Below are positions 38,702-51,272 of a stretch of DNA of 64,000 nt, in pieces; positions within the stretch are counted from its first letter, which is position 1; every line of letters begins with the position of its first letter. The notes beneath the pieces were generated by a model, which had not been told where the DNA came from, ran no database searches, and saw nothing but the letters and a program-made list of their open reading frames with translations. The position numbers and the translations under genes are program-made. This DNA comes from Protoeuglena noctilucae (Eukaryota), in contig OY253678.1 of the NCBI GenBank assembly GCA_958009085.1, positions 186,001 through 250,000 on the forward strand, given 5' to 3'.

Positions 38702-41700
38702 TTAGGACGGCCGCGACGACGGCGCGTAGTTGGTCAGCTGGCCCCACGAAGGTCCAACTTTCAAGCGCACTTCGAGTGGCACACTGAGGGGCATCGGCAG
38801 ACCTGACAGGTCTGAGAAGTCGGTCATACAGGCGGAAACGAGACTCGCAGCGGCGTCCAGGCAGTCTTCCTGCGACCGAGGCGAAGAGAAACCATAGGTC
38901 TTGCGGCCCTCGTGCTGCATGTGCACAGAGCAAAGCTGAGCCATCCGCCCTGTGCCTGGACTTCGAGGAGGAGCTCGTCATGGATCTGGAGAACGAGATG
39001 CGCACGGCCCGTGAGCACTGGGTCCCTTTCCAAGCGGCGTGACAGTTGCACCATGGCATGCTTGACTGCAGGGCAGTGAGACACGGGGCATGACCGTGAG
39101 GCGTGAACGTCTGTTGCCATCAAGGAGGATGTTGCACTTTGCGCCGTTAGGGAGGCACTCACTCAGGTCTGCAGCACCGCCCTGGACAAGCGTGTTGATT
39201 AAGGCCCGTTCCGCAGCGGCCCGCTTGTCTGCATCGGAGTCCTGAAGCCCCGGGAACATGCGGATGCGACCGCCAAGCGTCCTGCGTGGCGCAAACCACA
39301 ATCACAGTCGAGGCGAAGCCATGCCTCCATGCACATAACTATGTCATCTGCAACTCACGTTATGTAGGGCTTGCTCCTGGACCGAGCCTTTTCAAGCTCC
39401 TTTCGCTTCCACCGCTGCACGCCTGGGAGGAGCCCTTCGAAACGCTCCATGAATTCCCTGGGGTATGCAACAAACGAGTTCGGTCAGGGGGCATTTTCAA
39501 GAACAAGCGGCACAGGCCCTGCGCGCAGCCGCTCTTGCCTGGCCTCGCTCACAGTGCACCCCAGGTGCGAAGACAGCGCTGAGACGCCCATGCCGTAGAT
39601 CAGCCCATACGTAAGCTGCTTAGCGCGCGTGCGCTCCTCGTCTGTCACATCTGCCGGCGCCTTGCCGTAGAAGGACCCCGCCATGACGTGAAAGGGATCC
39701 AGCCGCTGTGCCCCCACGCCGTGCGCTGACGCAGAGGAGGTCTCAAAAAACTTGCGGAGAACAGGGTCACCGCTCAGGATAGCCAAGACGCGGCACTCCT
39801 GCTGGCAGTAGTCCGCCGCCAGGAGGACGTGTCCAGGAGGTGCCACAAAAGTCGAACGCACTTCCACGCGAAGCTCCGCCTGGTCGGGCTCTTGAGCGGT
39901 GCCCATTGCCGTGACCGGCAAACGGAAGATTTTGGGCTTGGGGATGCACTGAAGGTTGGGCTGATCCGTTGCCAGTCGCCCCGTGCAGGCAGTCGTCTGA
40001 TGGAAGTACGTTCTCACACGGGCATGGGCCCCGTAACTCTGCGGCGCCCCGGACGTGCAGGCCTCCAGATTCCAGAGAACGTCGTCCCGCATTTTGACGA
40101 GCTCCCGATGCAGGGCTAGCAAACGCGCAAATTCCGCTGCAACTTCGTTGCCCTCCTGGCAGGCGATGAGTGCCACCTCCTGCAGCACACAGCACGCTCG
40201 TGGCTCGATGGCGGCAACTTGGTGGCGCGCCGACAACCGACAAGGCCCCAGGGGTACAATCGCACCTGCAGGACTTCCTTGTTCGTAGAGGGGTAGCCAT
40301 CGGCGCCCCTCCGGCTGTTGGGGGGAGGGCTTGCCCCAAGCGTGTCGAAGAGAGCACGAGCGCAGTCACGGCGATTGGCGAGGCCGTGCTCAGGTCCAGA
40401 GGGAAGCGATGCAATGGCCGTGGCCCTCCGAGAGATGGCCTCAATCATGGAGCTGAGGGGCTGCCTCCAGCCTGCGGTGGACGTCAAACGAGCTAAGACC
40501 ACCGGCACGGGGAGAGTGCGCCATGCACCAAACTTGCGCAGGCACGTTGCAACTCACCTCGAAGCATGTTGAGGTCGAGCAGCATGCCGTGATGCTCCAT
40601 GGAGGCAAGGACACGCGCGAGGCACGTCTCCCTGTGCAAGGCGGGACCCAGACCCCGCGAATCCACGAGGCGGAGACACCAGTGGGCACCAAACGCCACC
40701 ACTGCGGCCGTCCGGCAGCACTGCGGCGTGAGGACAGAGAGAGGGCGGTCTAGGGCGGCCGACAGTCACGGGGGTCAGCAAAACCTTCCTCAATCCTTAC
40801 CTCCAAGACGCCCGGGGGGGGCTGCCGCGTAACTTGACGACCGAGGTGCACCGCATTGGTCACAAACACGCCGGCGGTTGCATCGCCAACAATCTTCATG
40901 CGCTCTGCCTCTGAGAACTTCCTGCACTTGGAACAACCATATCGCTTGTAGCTTACTTGCGTCGTGCCAACGTGCAGACGCCAACGCCGTCGTCAAAACC
41001 GCACCTTCGGAAGCAAGAGGCGACCTGGCGCATGATCCCCGCAGCCATCCAAGAGGATGGCGCCGAAGGGCTTTGTCCGCAGTTGGCCGCCCTCTTCCTC
41101 AGAAAAAGGCCCGTCGGGGTCGATGGCCCACATGGACAGGCGCAGGTCAGCCACGTCCTCCCCAAACAGCGACGTAGGTCCGCCGAGCGCTCCGCTCCCC
41201 TGCCAGGCAGACGCCACCTCCCCACCCTGCCCGGACCGCCGACGCATCTCATCCGCAAGGTCCGCAAGGTGGACAAGCTGCCTTTTCAGCCCGTACGTCG
41301 CGAGAGTCAGGCCGCCCTTGCCCCTCGTCACAGCCACAAGCGCGTCCCACAGCGCGAGCGCATTTGCTGCGTCAGCCAGTGGCACATACATCGTCCGCTT
41401 GACCAGGCCATAGGAAGACGGCCCACGTGCCTCTTCACGCGGCTGGTCTTGGTTCCCCACTGCAGCAGCTAGCCCTGATGGGCTCCCCCCTGCCTTCTCC
41501 GTGCCGGAAGGGCTTTGGTTGAGCCATGCCAGAGAGACTCCGAGGATGCCGGCAGCTCGGAAGGGGCAGGAAGAGGACGACGACCTGCCTTTGTAGGGTT
41601 TCGCCAGTGGGGGAAGGGCAGGCGCCGTCTTTGACGCCCCTGCGACGGGAGGTACAAGGTCGAGCACCACGGCGAGTACTGGATAAGTCGCCACCCTCGT

Positions 41701-44700
41701 CTTATGGATGTAGGCGACGTGCGACACCTCGTGCGGCTCGCTCAGCAGGACCAGCCCAACTGGGAGCTGTGCAGGATCAATCGGCAGGTAGCTGAAGACG
41801 CGCAGTAATGATGAGTCCACGGCAGCCTCGTCCACTTCCTCGGTGCCTGCGACAACGTGCATGTTACCCTTGCTGCTGCGCCCCAGCCTGTCATGCAAAA
41901 TCCTAAGCAGCTGAAGCCCGCAAAGCTCACCAACTAAGTTTGTCCCCTGAGCCGTCTTTGTTGCAGTTGCCACGTTAACCCCAGCACGTGCTTCAGGAAG
42001 AGAAACAGTGGGCCCGAGAGTTGCCTGGGACATCTCCGCCCGCCGATGAGCTGGAAGCACGACTCCATCCACGCCACTGCGCTGCCGCTTTCGGGGGCTT
42101 CCCGCACCGGCACCGCCGCCGTTGGCCTCTGCATCACGTGCGCTGATGCCCGCGTCCAAACATCGCTTGCTGGCCACTTCCAGCCTCGACTCACGTGCTG
42201 TGTCCCTCCCAGCTTTGGCCTCGTCGTTCACTGCTCCTGCTTTCGGATCGAGTTTTTCCGACGTCAGGTTTGGCCCTTTGGAGATCTCGCCGTTGCTCGC
42301 CTCCTCCGTCAACGACCTCAACAGCTGCTTGCGTGCAGGCTCCACCGAAGCAACGTCCTCCCTGTCCGCCGCCGTCCTGCCCCGCTTTTTGGCCGATGTC
42401 TTGACGCCGGCTCGGAGCAAGTCCGGCGTAATAATGTCTTGGCATGCCACCTGCGTCCGCGTCAGGCCTGTCTGTAGGCCCTGCCCGCTGCCAGGCGTCC
42501 CCAGAGACGCCACAAAACGGGGAGACTCTCCATCCATGCTGCGGGCAAAGGAGGGCGCCGAAGTGAGCAAGACCAATCTTAAATGAGAGTTGTGAGTGAA
42601 GTTCAGCACAAGGAATATCTACCTGCATGGATGCAGGTGGACGCCGTCGGCCCTCAAGTGAACAGTCACGCCGGGCAGGGGCGCAGGTACGTCGTGCGGC
42701 TTCCCAATGGCCACGGCTCCTCGCTCGGGTTTAGTAGGCGTGTCGGACGACACCCGGGCCATCGTCCCCGTGATAGATGGCGCCACGCCCTCCGCCATCT
42801 CCCTTCCCGTGCCCAGAGAGCTTGGCGTCATAAACTGGAGGCCCTTCTGCATGGCAATCAGCTGCTCCTGCTGCTCCTTGAGGCGCTCGCGAAGGAGTTT
42901 CTGCGTCCACTGAAGAGGGAAAGGATGACAACGGAATCCAACTTGGGTGGCCTGGCCTTCACGCATGCGACGCCTCACCCGTGCCCCCTTGATCATCTTC
43001 TCGGCCAGCCAGTAGTAGGTGCGCCCGCCCCCAGACCCTGACCCTTGCTTACCCCCCTTAGGCCCGTTGGGGTCAGCCTTCTCGAACAGTGCCGCAAGAA
43101 TGTTGGCGTCCTTGACGTCGGCCACAGCCTCCGGAGTGCGGTACCCCGCACGGTACAAAATGCGAGCGCGGAATCCCTTGACGCTGGGGATCTCGGTGAG
43201 GGCTGCAAGCTCTTGCTTGACGCCGGAAAACACACGGCGCGTAAAGAGCTGCAGAAGGGCATGGAGGTCGGCCCAGCCCATGCGGTCGCAAAAGGACGCA
43301 GACATGTGCGCAAAGCGCGAGGCGTTGTCCTGGAGGGCACGCACAGTGCCAGGGTCGACTCTGAACCTCTTCGTGACATCCTCCATCGGCACCTCTTGCG
43401 TTAAGTCGTGCAGGAGCAACGCAACGAACAGCCTCTGCGCCACCGTGACCACGTCGCGTTCGACCCCAGCGCCAGTTGCCCGCAGGTCCTGCCGCCTCCC
43501 CGCCTGCAGGTCCGCCATCAGGCGCTCGAACCGGTCAGCCCCACCGTTGGCCGGCACAACCGCCGCCGCAACACGCGCAGCGTGCTTGTTGCCTGTCAAA
43601 CCCCGGAAAAGGGACAGCAGGGACTCGCGCGGGAAATTGGGCAAGTTGCTGCCAACGGGCACGCACAAGTAGGCGAGATGGAGGTCGCCATCCAGAACCA
43701 CACCACGCTTGCGGGCCAGGTCTAGGCGCTCGTGCGCCTCCAGAGCGTCCTCGGGACGCATGCCCGCAGCCAGGCACGCTCGGCCCAACTGCGTGGCTTC
43801 GAAGCGCTCGCCGGGACCGTCCCACACGATGAAGGGCTCACGCTTCCGGACCAGGCGATCATCGTTGTCGGTCCCCTTGCCTTCCAGCCAATCCAACGCC
43901 CTCTTGGTAGCATCGCGGACCACGTGTCGAAACCGCTCGGGGTCATCGTTCGTCGCCGCGAGCAGCGTGCACTGGATGTACGTGTTGATATCGTGGCACG
44001 TGGCGACTCGTCCCGTTGCGATGGCTTCCAGCATGGTTTGTCGCATGCCCTTCCGATCCTCGCCGAGGCACGACAAGATGGGCTGGCAGGGGGCCGCCAT
44101 CAACGCCAGCAACTCAGCCTCCCCCACTCCGTCCGGAAGCAAAATGGCCTCCCCTTGCGAGTCGAGGCCGGCGCGCCCAGCCCGCCCGCACATCTGGCGG
44201 TAGCGTGCCGGGTCGTAAAGGTTGGCCAGGCCCCTGCGGCCGATGTACGGCTGCCGGAACACCACGCGTCGCGCCGGGAGGTTGACCCCCGCCGCCAGGG
44301 TGCTCGTGGCGCAGAGCACCAGCACCGCCCCGCTGCGGTAGGCGGCCTCGACCACCTCACGCTCGTCGCGCGTCAGGCCCGAGTGGTGCCAGGCGACTCC
44401 GCGGGCGACAGCGTCTACCAGGCGCTGGGCGCCCTGCATGTGCCGCAGCCGCTCGACTGCCTCGGCGCGCCCCACGTAGCTGTCCGACTGCGTGGAGCGG
44501 GGCACCTCGGGCACGTCCACGCGCCGCGCCAGCTGCGCTGCCGTGAGCTCGCAGCCGTTCTTGGAAGCGCAGAAGACCAGGACGGAGCCACTGTCTGCCA
44601 CCGTCTCCCGCACAAGCTGCCCCAGGTGGCCGCGGTCCCAGTCCTCCGGCGGCGGGAGCTCCCGGCAAATGCGCCCCTCGGGGTCCTTGAGCACCGAGCC

Positions 44701-47458
44701 GACGCGCAAATACCGCTGGAGGTTCACTGGCCGGTAGTCCGCCTCGAAGAAGGCCGCCCCGAGCCACCGGGCCACCGCCCGTACGTTTGGCATTGTGGCG
44801 CTCATCCCAACGATCTGCACCGATGACGCTGGGCTGCGGGCGAAGAGCGCCCCCGCCTCGTCGAAGCCCAGCGCTCCGCCCGTGCCACCTCGGCCAGCGG
44901 CCTGCCCCGCAGCCCCCCCGGCCTGCGAGTGGTCCCCCCGGACGGCCTGGGACCCAGGGGCAGCGACGACGCCGGCGTACCGCAGTTTGGTCAGCATGAG
45001 CTCTAGGAGGAAGCCCCGGTCCTCGTCCCCCACCATGTGGAGCTCGTCAATCACCACGCACCCCAGCCGATCAAGCTGCCCCTCCTCCAGCAGGGCGTTG
45101 ACCAGGCTGTTGGCCTTCTCGATGGTGCACACCACGGCGCCCGTGTCCGAATCGAACGGCCGAGCGCTGTGGTACTCCCCGTAAAGCCGCTTGGTGCGCC
45201 GGGGCGGGTCCATCGCGTCCAGGACGCGGTCCAGGTGGTCGGCCTTCTCGTCGCATAAGGCCACGAAGGGGAGGACCACGAGGGCGGGGCGGCCGACCTG
45301 GAGCAGCCGGCGCAGCAGCAGCACCTCGGCCACCAGGGACTTGCCCCCGCTCGTGGGGGCGCAGTAGACCAGGTTGGCGCCCGTGTCCCCGACCGTGTGG
45401 ATGGCCGCCGCCTGCCACGGGTAGAGAGCGAAGGGCTTGCCATTGTGGTACCGCTCGCACAGCGGCCCGGGCAGGTAGTGGCTCAAGTCCAGCGGCAAGG
45501 GCGCCGGCCCCAAGGGCGGGCGCAGAGAGCCCTGCTGGGACGGCACCCCAGCCCCCTCCCCCAGGAGGCAGTCCAGCGTGCCCCTGGCGATCGCGATCGA
45601 CGCCACCCCTTGTGGTCCCCCACCGGAGGCCCCCGGCACGGGATCTGCCTCGGCAAGCGTCCCTGCAGAGACCGCCTGGGCGAGAGGACCATCTCTGCCC
45701 CCGCTCGGCGCCCCAGCTGCAGGCTTCCGGGCCTGTGCCGGGGAAAACTCCGACCCCGCCCTGCTTGAAGTCGCTGGGGCAGGAGGCCCCGCGTTGACAT
45801 CAACAGGGACCCCGACAGTCTTGCCCTTGTTGCCAGTGGAAAGCGCCTGCGCGAGTAAGGCGGCCTCTGCAGCCTCGCGGGGCTTGGACTCGACACGACC
45901 AGAGGAATGTCCCCCGACTGGCCCCTGGCCGAGTCGTGGCGTCTCGTGGTTTGGTGCTCCCTGCACACCCCTCGTGTCGCTGACACTCGCTGACGCCATC
46001 GCAGGTGCGGGGCTCGGACGCACGGGGAGCGCGGGAGAGATGTCAGTGCCACCCGTTCGCTGCCAAGACCCTGACGTCGAGACAGCTCCGCCTGGGCCTC
46101 CGCTTGGCCTCAGAGGCTCGCTCCTTGGCGCCGCGACAACACTCGGCGGACCCCTGATGTCCGTTGACGGCACGCAGGCCTGCGGTGTGATCAGGGAGGG
46201 GCGATGGATTGGCAACGCTGCGCGTCCCATCTTTGCACATGAGGAGAAAGCCAAGTCAGATTTAAATAAACATATGGTATTCATCACCTGTTGGGGAAGA
46301 GATGGCCTTGCCAAAACCCCAGCACCCTCCCGCAGCACGCCTGCGTCCTCGACCGCTACTTCCACCCCGCAGTGACCAGCCACGGCCGCGCGAGCATTCG
46401 CGCTCGCTGCGACGTTGGAGCCTCTCGTCGTGTCTGGCGGCACGGGCTGTTCCGCCCCACGCGGCCACAAGTCTTCTGTAGCATCCTTCTCCGGGCCAGG
46501 CACAGCCGCTTCCGCCATCGCAGTCCCTCCGTGACCCTCCGACGCCTCCTGCCGGCCGCCGTCATCCGTCGCACGCTTCAACATCAGGTCTCCTCCCCCT
46601 GACCCGCCGGCCTTGTCGGGAGATTCGCCATCCCGGCTGCCGGCGGCCCCTTGCGACCGTCGGGCTCGCGCGAACCCGGCCCTGTCCGCCAGCCCGTAGA
46701 AAATCTGCCGCGGTGCCCTGGCAGAACGCCCCGCGCCCCGGAGCGCCAGAGAGGGCGTCGGGGGCGGCGTGCTCGTGTCGGACAAGCCCGCATGCCGCAA
46801 CGACGCCAGTTGGCCCAGCAGACCAGCCGAGGACCCCGACGTGCACGTGGCAGAAGACGTCCCGTCGCGTCGGCTGTCACCTCGTCGCGTGGTGGGGGCG
46901 TGCTGGGCGTCGGGGGCGTTGGGTCCCGGGGTGCGAGGGAGGAGGGGCGGGCGGCGCATGACGGCCCGCTTGCGGTCTGGGGACGAGGCGAGAGGGGGAA
47001 GCGTGTAACACGCGGGCAATCCACCAAGCACATGAGCGCTGCGCCCACGGCATGGCGGCGGACCCACCAGGACTGGGCCCCGGGGGGACGGCCGTGGAGA
47101 AGGTCACAATGTCGATGGCGGATGGGCCATCCTGGCTGTCGGGAACGAAGAAGAAGCCCAGGTTGTCGGCCGCAACGATGGGCCTGCATGGGAGGGCGGC
47201 GCGCCAGGCAGTCAAGGGTGTAAATCCTCTCCACAAGGCCACCACGCTTGACAGCTGCCCCAGCTGCTCCTCACCGGTCGCCGTAAAAGGTACCAGCGCC
47301 AGCCGCGGGGGCTCCTGGTCGAGCGGCTCCGCCCTCGATCTGCACGGAGCAGGGGGCACGTGGCACAGGAGATGAGACCAAAACAGGCAGACATGCCGCC
47401 GGCTGCCACGCTGCGTGCTGTGCCGTCTCGCCTGCTCGGTGCCTCCTCCCCTATTCAT
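38702..47458 (-). CDS. POLQ: DNA polymerase theta (TEBICHI/POLQ): Hel308-type SF2 helicase plus family A polymerase
   Basis: Helicase motifs APTSGGKS, VVIDELHMVG, GMSAT, ATSTLAAGVNLPARRV, QMCGRAGRAG. Polymerase motifs TGRLATDQPNLQCIPK, AADYCQQECRVLA, RTRAKQLTYGLIYGMG, LQIHDELLLEV. The 5' micro-exons (MNRGGGTEQ|IEGG..FFVPDSQ) are inferred from splice phase. Confidence 0.95.
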
Positions 47459-47584
47459 GGGCTTCCGCCGACGCCAGCCAAAGCACAGCACGGAGCGCCT
47501 GCGCACGGGCAACCGTGGGGAATGAAGTGGGTGAGGGGCCAGGTTTAGACCACGAGTTGAAGGGGGCAGATGGTGAGGGCACCT

Positions 47585-48374
47585 TTAGAAGTCGAGCCTG
47601 CGCCTGAGCATGTCGAGGGCGTCTTGGGAGATCTTCTCATCGCTGGGGCGGGACTGCTTGATTGGGGCCTGCGGCGCCACGCGAGCAAGGGTTGGATGAG
47701 AGACCGGAGTGCAGGGAACCCAGAGCAGCGTCACGTGACTAGAATACTTGCCGTGGGCGTGCGGATAGGCGCTGTGTCCGGTTCGGGGCTCTCCTGGTTC
47801 CGCCCCACGCCTGCCGACCCAGCACCCGCCACACCCTCAGGCGGCTGTGCCACACCGGCGGACGCACGCGAGCCAACCGTCTCCGCAGCCGCAGCTCGCG
47901 GGCATGCCTGTCCACCCCTGAGACGTTCGTAGTTCGAGGCCCGGGTATGCGTCGAAAGGGAGGCGAGCCGGGCGGAGAGGAGGTCGACGTCTGCGTCTGC
48001 AGAGACAGCCGAAGCGAGGTCCCGTCGAATGGAAGGTCCCAATACGCGACGCGACGCAGGAGAGAGAGACGATAGACATGCGAAACCATGTTCGGCGAAA
48101 AGCGGCTTTCAGCCGCTCGTCAACGACCCGCTGACGAGAGCGCACCTGCCGTGGCACGGTCCACGTCGAGCCGACTCGTCCGTAGGTCCTGCGGGTGCGG
48201 CAGAGGCGAGCCCTTCTATAGACGTTGAGAGCGCGGTCGGGCCTGCGCAGGGCGGCGCGCCGCGAAGGCCCAGCAGGTTGGCACGCGCACAAAAAGCCGC
48301 TGCCTGACCTCCGAACCTCCGGCAGCTTCGCGACCTGTCTTCTCACGCCCGGCCGGTACTTTCTTAGGTTGCAT
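47585..48374 (-). CDS. Small, probably disordered protein ending in TPTAPIKQSRP..RRRLDF* (candidate cyclin-binding protein)
   Basis: Four exons splice in frame (MQPKKVP..GSE|DLRTSRLDV..|ADVDLLSARLASLS..IRTPT|APIKQSRPSDEKISQDALDMLRRRLDF*), with a GC donor at about 47751. Confidence 0.55.
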
Positions 48375-48715
48375 GCAAGAGCGGCTGCCCTTCCAGCCGC
48401 TGGCCACTTCCCGGGTCTACGCTGGACGGTTCGGCATGACTTGAGAGCCTTCGCTACCTAGGGGACAGGACGAGACGTGCAAGTCGCATGGCATAAACTC
48501 ACGAAGACCACACCAGTGACCTGGGACTTGTCACCGTGCAGGCGGCGCTGACCACTCTCAGATTCTCGCAGGGAGGGCTTTGTGCTTGAAGCACTATTTT
48601 AACGATTTCTACTGCCCGCTGCGGCAGCTCGTGACGTGAAGGAGAACAGCGTGGCGCATCGCGCTAGGCGAATCGTGTCAGCAGTAGGGTCAGTCTTGCT
48701 CGGCCAGCCTGGCCG

Positions 48716-50595
48716 ATGTCCGGCCGACCAGCGATTGAGGAGCTGGCCTGGTATCCCGAGGATCGGGGCGATGCCAGCGCCTCTCGCAAAGTCGAAGATG
48801 CCTTGCACGCCTGCGCATGGGCATGGCGGCCCTGCCTAGTTCGGGGAGGGGCAAAGGACCTCCCCGCGTTCGACGCGTGGCACGGGCCATCGGGGAGGGC
48901 GCGCATGTCGCAGCTGGCCGGACCGACGCATGTGTCTGTGATGGTGAGGATCAGGCGCAGCCGAAGACGGAGCAGTTGACGACGGAGCAGCTGTGGGCAG
49001 CACCGCGTTGACATGGCTGGGCTGCAGGTCTCCCCGTCAGGCGACCCCGACTTCTCCGGGGTGAGCAAGGAGCATGGACAGACGTGGATGGACCTGGCCA
49101 CGTATTTCTCGACGGCCATTGGAGGCGACGGCGGAGGCGAGGAGGGTGCAGCCCGCAAGAGGCCAAGACGCATGGCTCTGTACCTGGCCCAGGCCGACAT
49201 TTACGACAGAGACCGGCCCGAGGGGTCGCTCGCGGGGCTCCAGGAGGACCTGCGGGAGCTCCCCTTCGTGCCGTGGCGGGAGAGGAAGGCAGGCGACGGG
49301 GCCGCGGGTGGACCGGCGGACGGCACGAAGCGGTGGAGCCCTCGGCTGCAGGCCGTCAACCTTTGGATGACGAGCAGCGAGGGGTCGACAGGCTCCGTGC
49401 ACTACGACAACTGGGACAACGTTTTGGCCGTGCTATCAGGTGGGGTCTGGGCCTTTGGCGCAAGACGGCTCGCTGCTGGGCGCTGCAGCCCGGGTGAGCG
49501 CGCTCTCTCATTGGTCGCAGGCAGGAAGCGGGTGACGCTGGCTGCACCCAACGATTCGTCCATCCCGCACCGGAAAGTGTGGGAGGAGGACACGAACCAC
49601 TCCACGTCGGACCCGGAGGACTTTTGTCGCGACCGTGTGGCTGTGCAAGTGAACGCCGGTGACGCGCTCTACATCCCCGAGGGGTGGTGGCACTGCGTGG
49701 CGTCCGACCCGGAGACCATCGCCGTCAACTTCTGGTACGACTCGTTCCAGGTGCTGCTGCGGGCGGAGAATCCACGGCTCTGCCGCATGCGATGGATGCA
49801 CTCGGTGCGGGGCCACATCGGCGCGCACTCACACCCCTCGCGGCCGCTGCAGGTGACGACCGCGGAGTCATCCATGGAGTACCTGGTGCGCAGGGGCATC
49901 TACGCCGCGATGATGAAGGAGCAAAAGGCCGCGTTTGCACGCATCCCGATTGCAACGGTGAGGGCTCTAGTTTCCCACGTTCCTGCCCCCGCCCTGCGTG
50001 CTGGATCCGCAGCGCTGAGGCTGACGTTGGCTGCGTGCCCTCTCAGGAGATCACGGGCGTCGATGGGATGCCGCCGCGTCGGTGCGGGGGCGCCGAACCT
50101 CTCCCGCCAGACCGCCGGGCCCTAACGGACGCGGAACGGAGGGCGGTGGAGGTGCTCGTGGGCAGGCGCAAGCTCGGGGTGTCCATGTCTTGCACATGCT
50201 GGGAGGGTCACAGCACGGGCTGCCCGCTCACTGCATCCGCGCCTGGCATCGTTCTGCGCTCCTTGGGGCCGGCGGGGTGCCTGCGGGTCGTCTACCATTT
50301 GGCGCGGGAGTCGGGGGCAGGGGCCCTCGCAGGCGGGCTGGGGCGGCTGCTGCGGGCGTGGGCCTGCATGGACCACCTCGTCTTGACGGAGCTCATCACC
50401 GAGGCTCTGTCGCTCCCCGAGATGGCAGGCGAGGCGACGAGGAGAGAGTTCACGGATGCGTTTCATGGGGCCTTGGCGTCAGAGCAAGAGCAAGAGGGCA
50501 CAGAAGGCAGCGCAGGCACCATTACGGACGTCATCGAGAGGAGCCGGACGCTGTGCCGCAAAACGCTTGCGGCCCGCGCCATCGAGGGGATTTAG
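48716..50595 (+). CDS. JmjC-domain (cupin-like) 2-oxoglutarate/Fe(II) oxygenase
   Basis: LYLAQ, VNLWM, SVHYDNWDNVLAVLSGRKRVTL, AGDALYIPEGWWHCVAS..IAVNFW. The HxD..H triad is intact. Confidence 0.9.
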
Positions 50596-50646
50596 ATTCG
50601 CGCACGCGGCACGCTCCACGCACCCATCGGCCAGCCTAGCCCAGCC

Positions 50647-51272
50647 TCAAAGATCTCCATGTCCGTGCTTGGCCGCCATCTCGTCGATGGGGCAGTCCCG
50701 GAAGACCCTGGACTCCCAGACCTTACCCGTCCCGGGGTGCACCTTCAGCACCGTCACTCCAGAAAACTCCACCCTCTGCCCCGTGGCAGGGAGGCCCAGG
50801 AACCCGTGCACGTTGGTGCCGGACGCGGTCCAGTACACATACACGATCCCGACCTCCTTGCCGTTGATGTTCTTAATTTTGAAGTTCAGGTCCGGGTATG
50901 CGGATCGCATGTCCGAAATGAGGTTCTCATACCGGCGCCTGCCCCTCAGCTCGAACTCGGCACCCCAGCAGCTGTCCACGTAACTGCAAACGGCTCAGCG
51001 GGGCGCAAGGTTCTCACGTCTCGCCTCATCTCTCACGCCGAGTGACCGGCGAGTACTGCCGTGCTGTCTTGCCTGTGGTCGTCGGTGAGAAGGAGATCGA
51101 GGACCCAAAACTCCCCCTGCGACCACACCCTCTGGTACAGCTCGTGGGCCACCTGCTGCGCAGCCCGGGCGCTCCATGGCGTGGCCGGCAGCGCGTTGTT
51201 CGTCGCCCTGAGGTTGATGGAGGAGAAGGTCCAGCCGTGGGCGCTCGCCCTGTATTGTCTGCCCGGAGCCAT
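50647..51272 (-). CDS. SnoaL-like ester cyclase / NTF2-fold protein
   Basis: LYQRVWSQGEFWVLDLLLTDDH|SYVD..MRSAYPDLNFKI..WTASGTNVHGFLGLPATGQRVEFSGVTVL. One GC-AG intron in the CDS. Confidence 0.85.

Noticed and set aside
48400..48710. Possible snRNA or snoRNA between the RxL gene and JmjC
   Set aside because: No Sm site, C/D or H/ACA boxes, or tRNA fold recognised. More simply a divergent promoter region.
50647..51272. Bacterial contamination or recent HGT for the SnoaL-like gene
   Set aside because: It has spliceosomal introns and host-like composition. Old transfer cannot be judged without a phylogeny.
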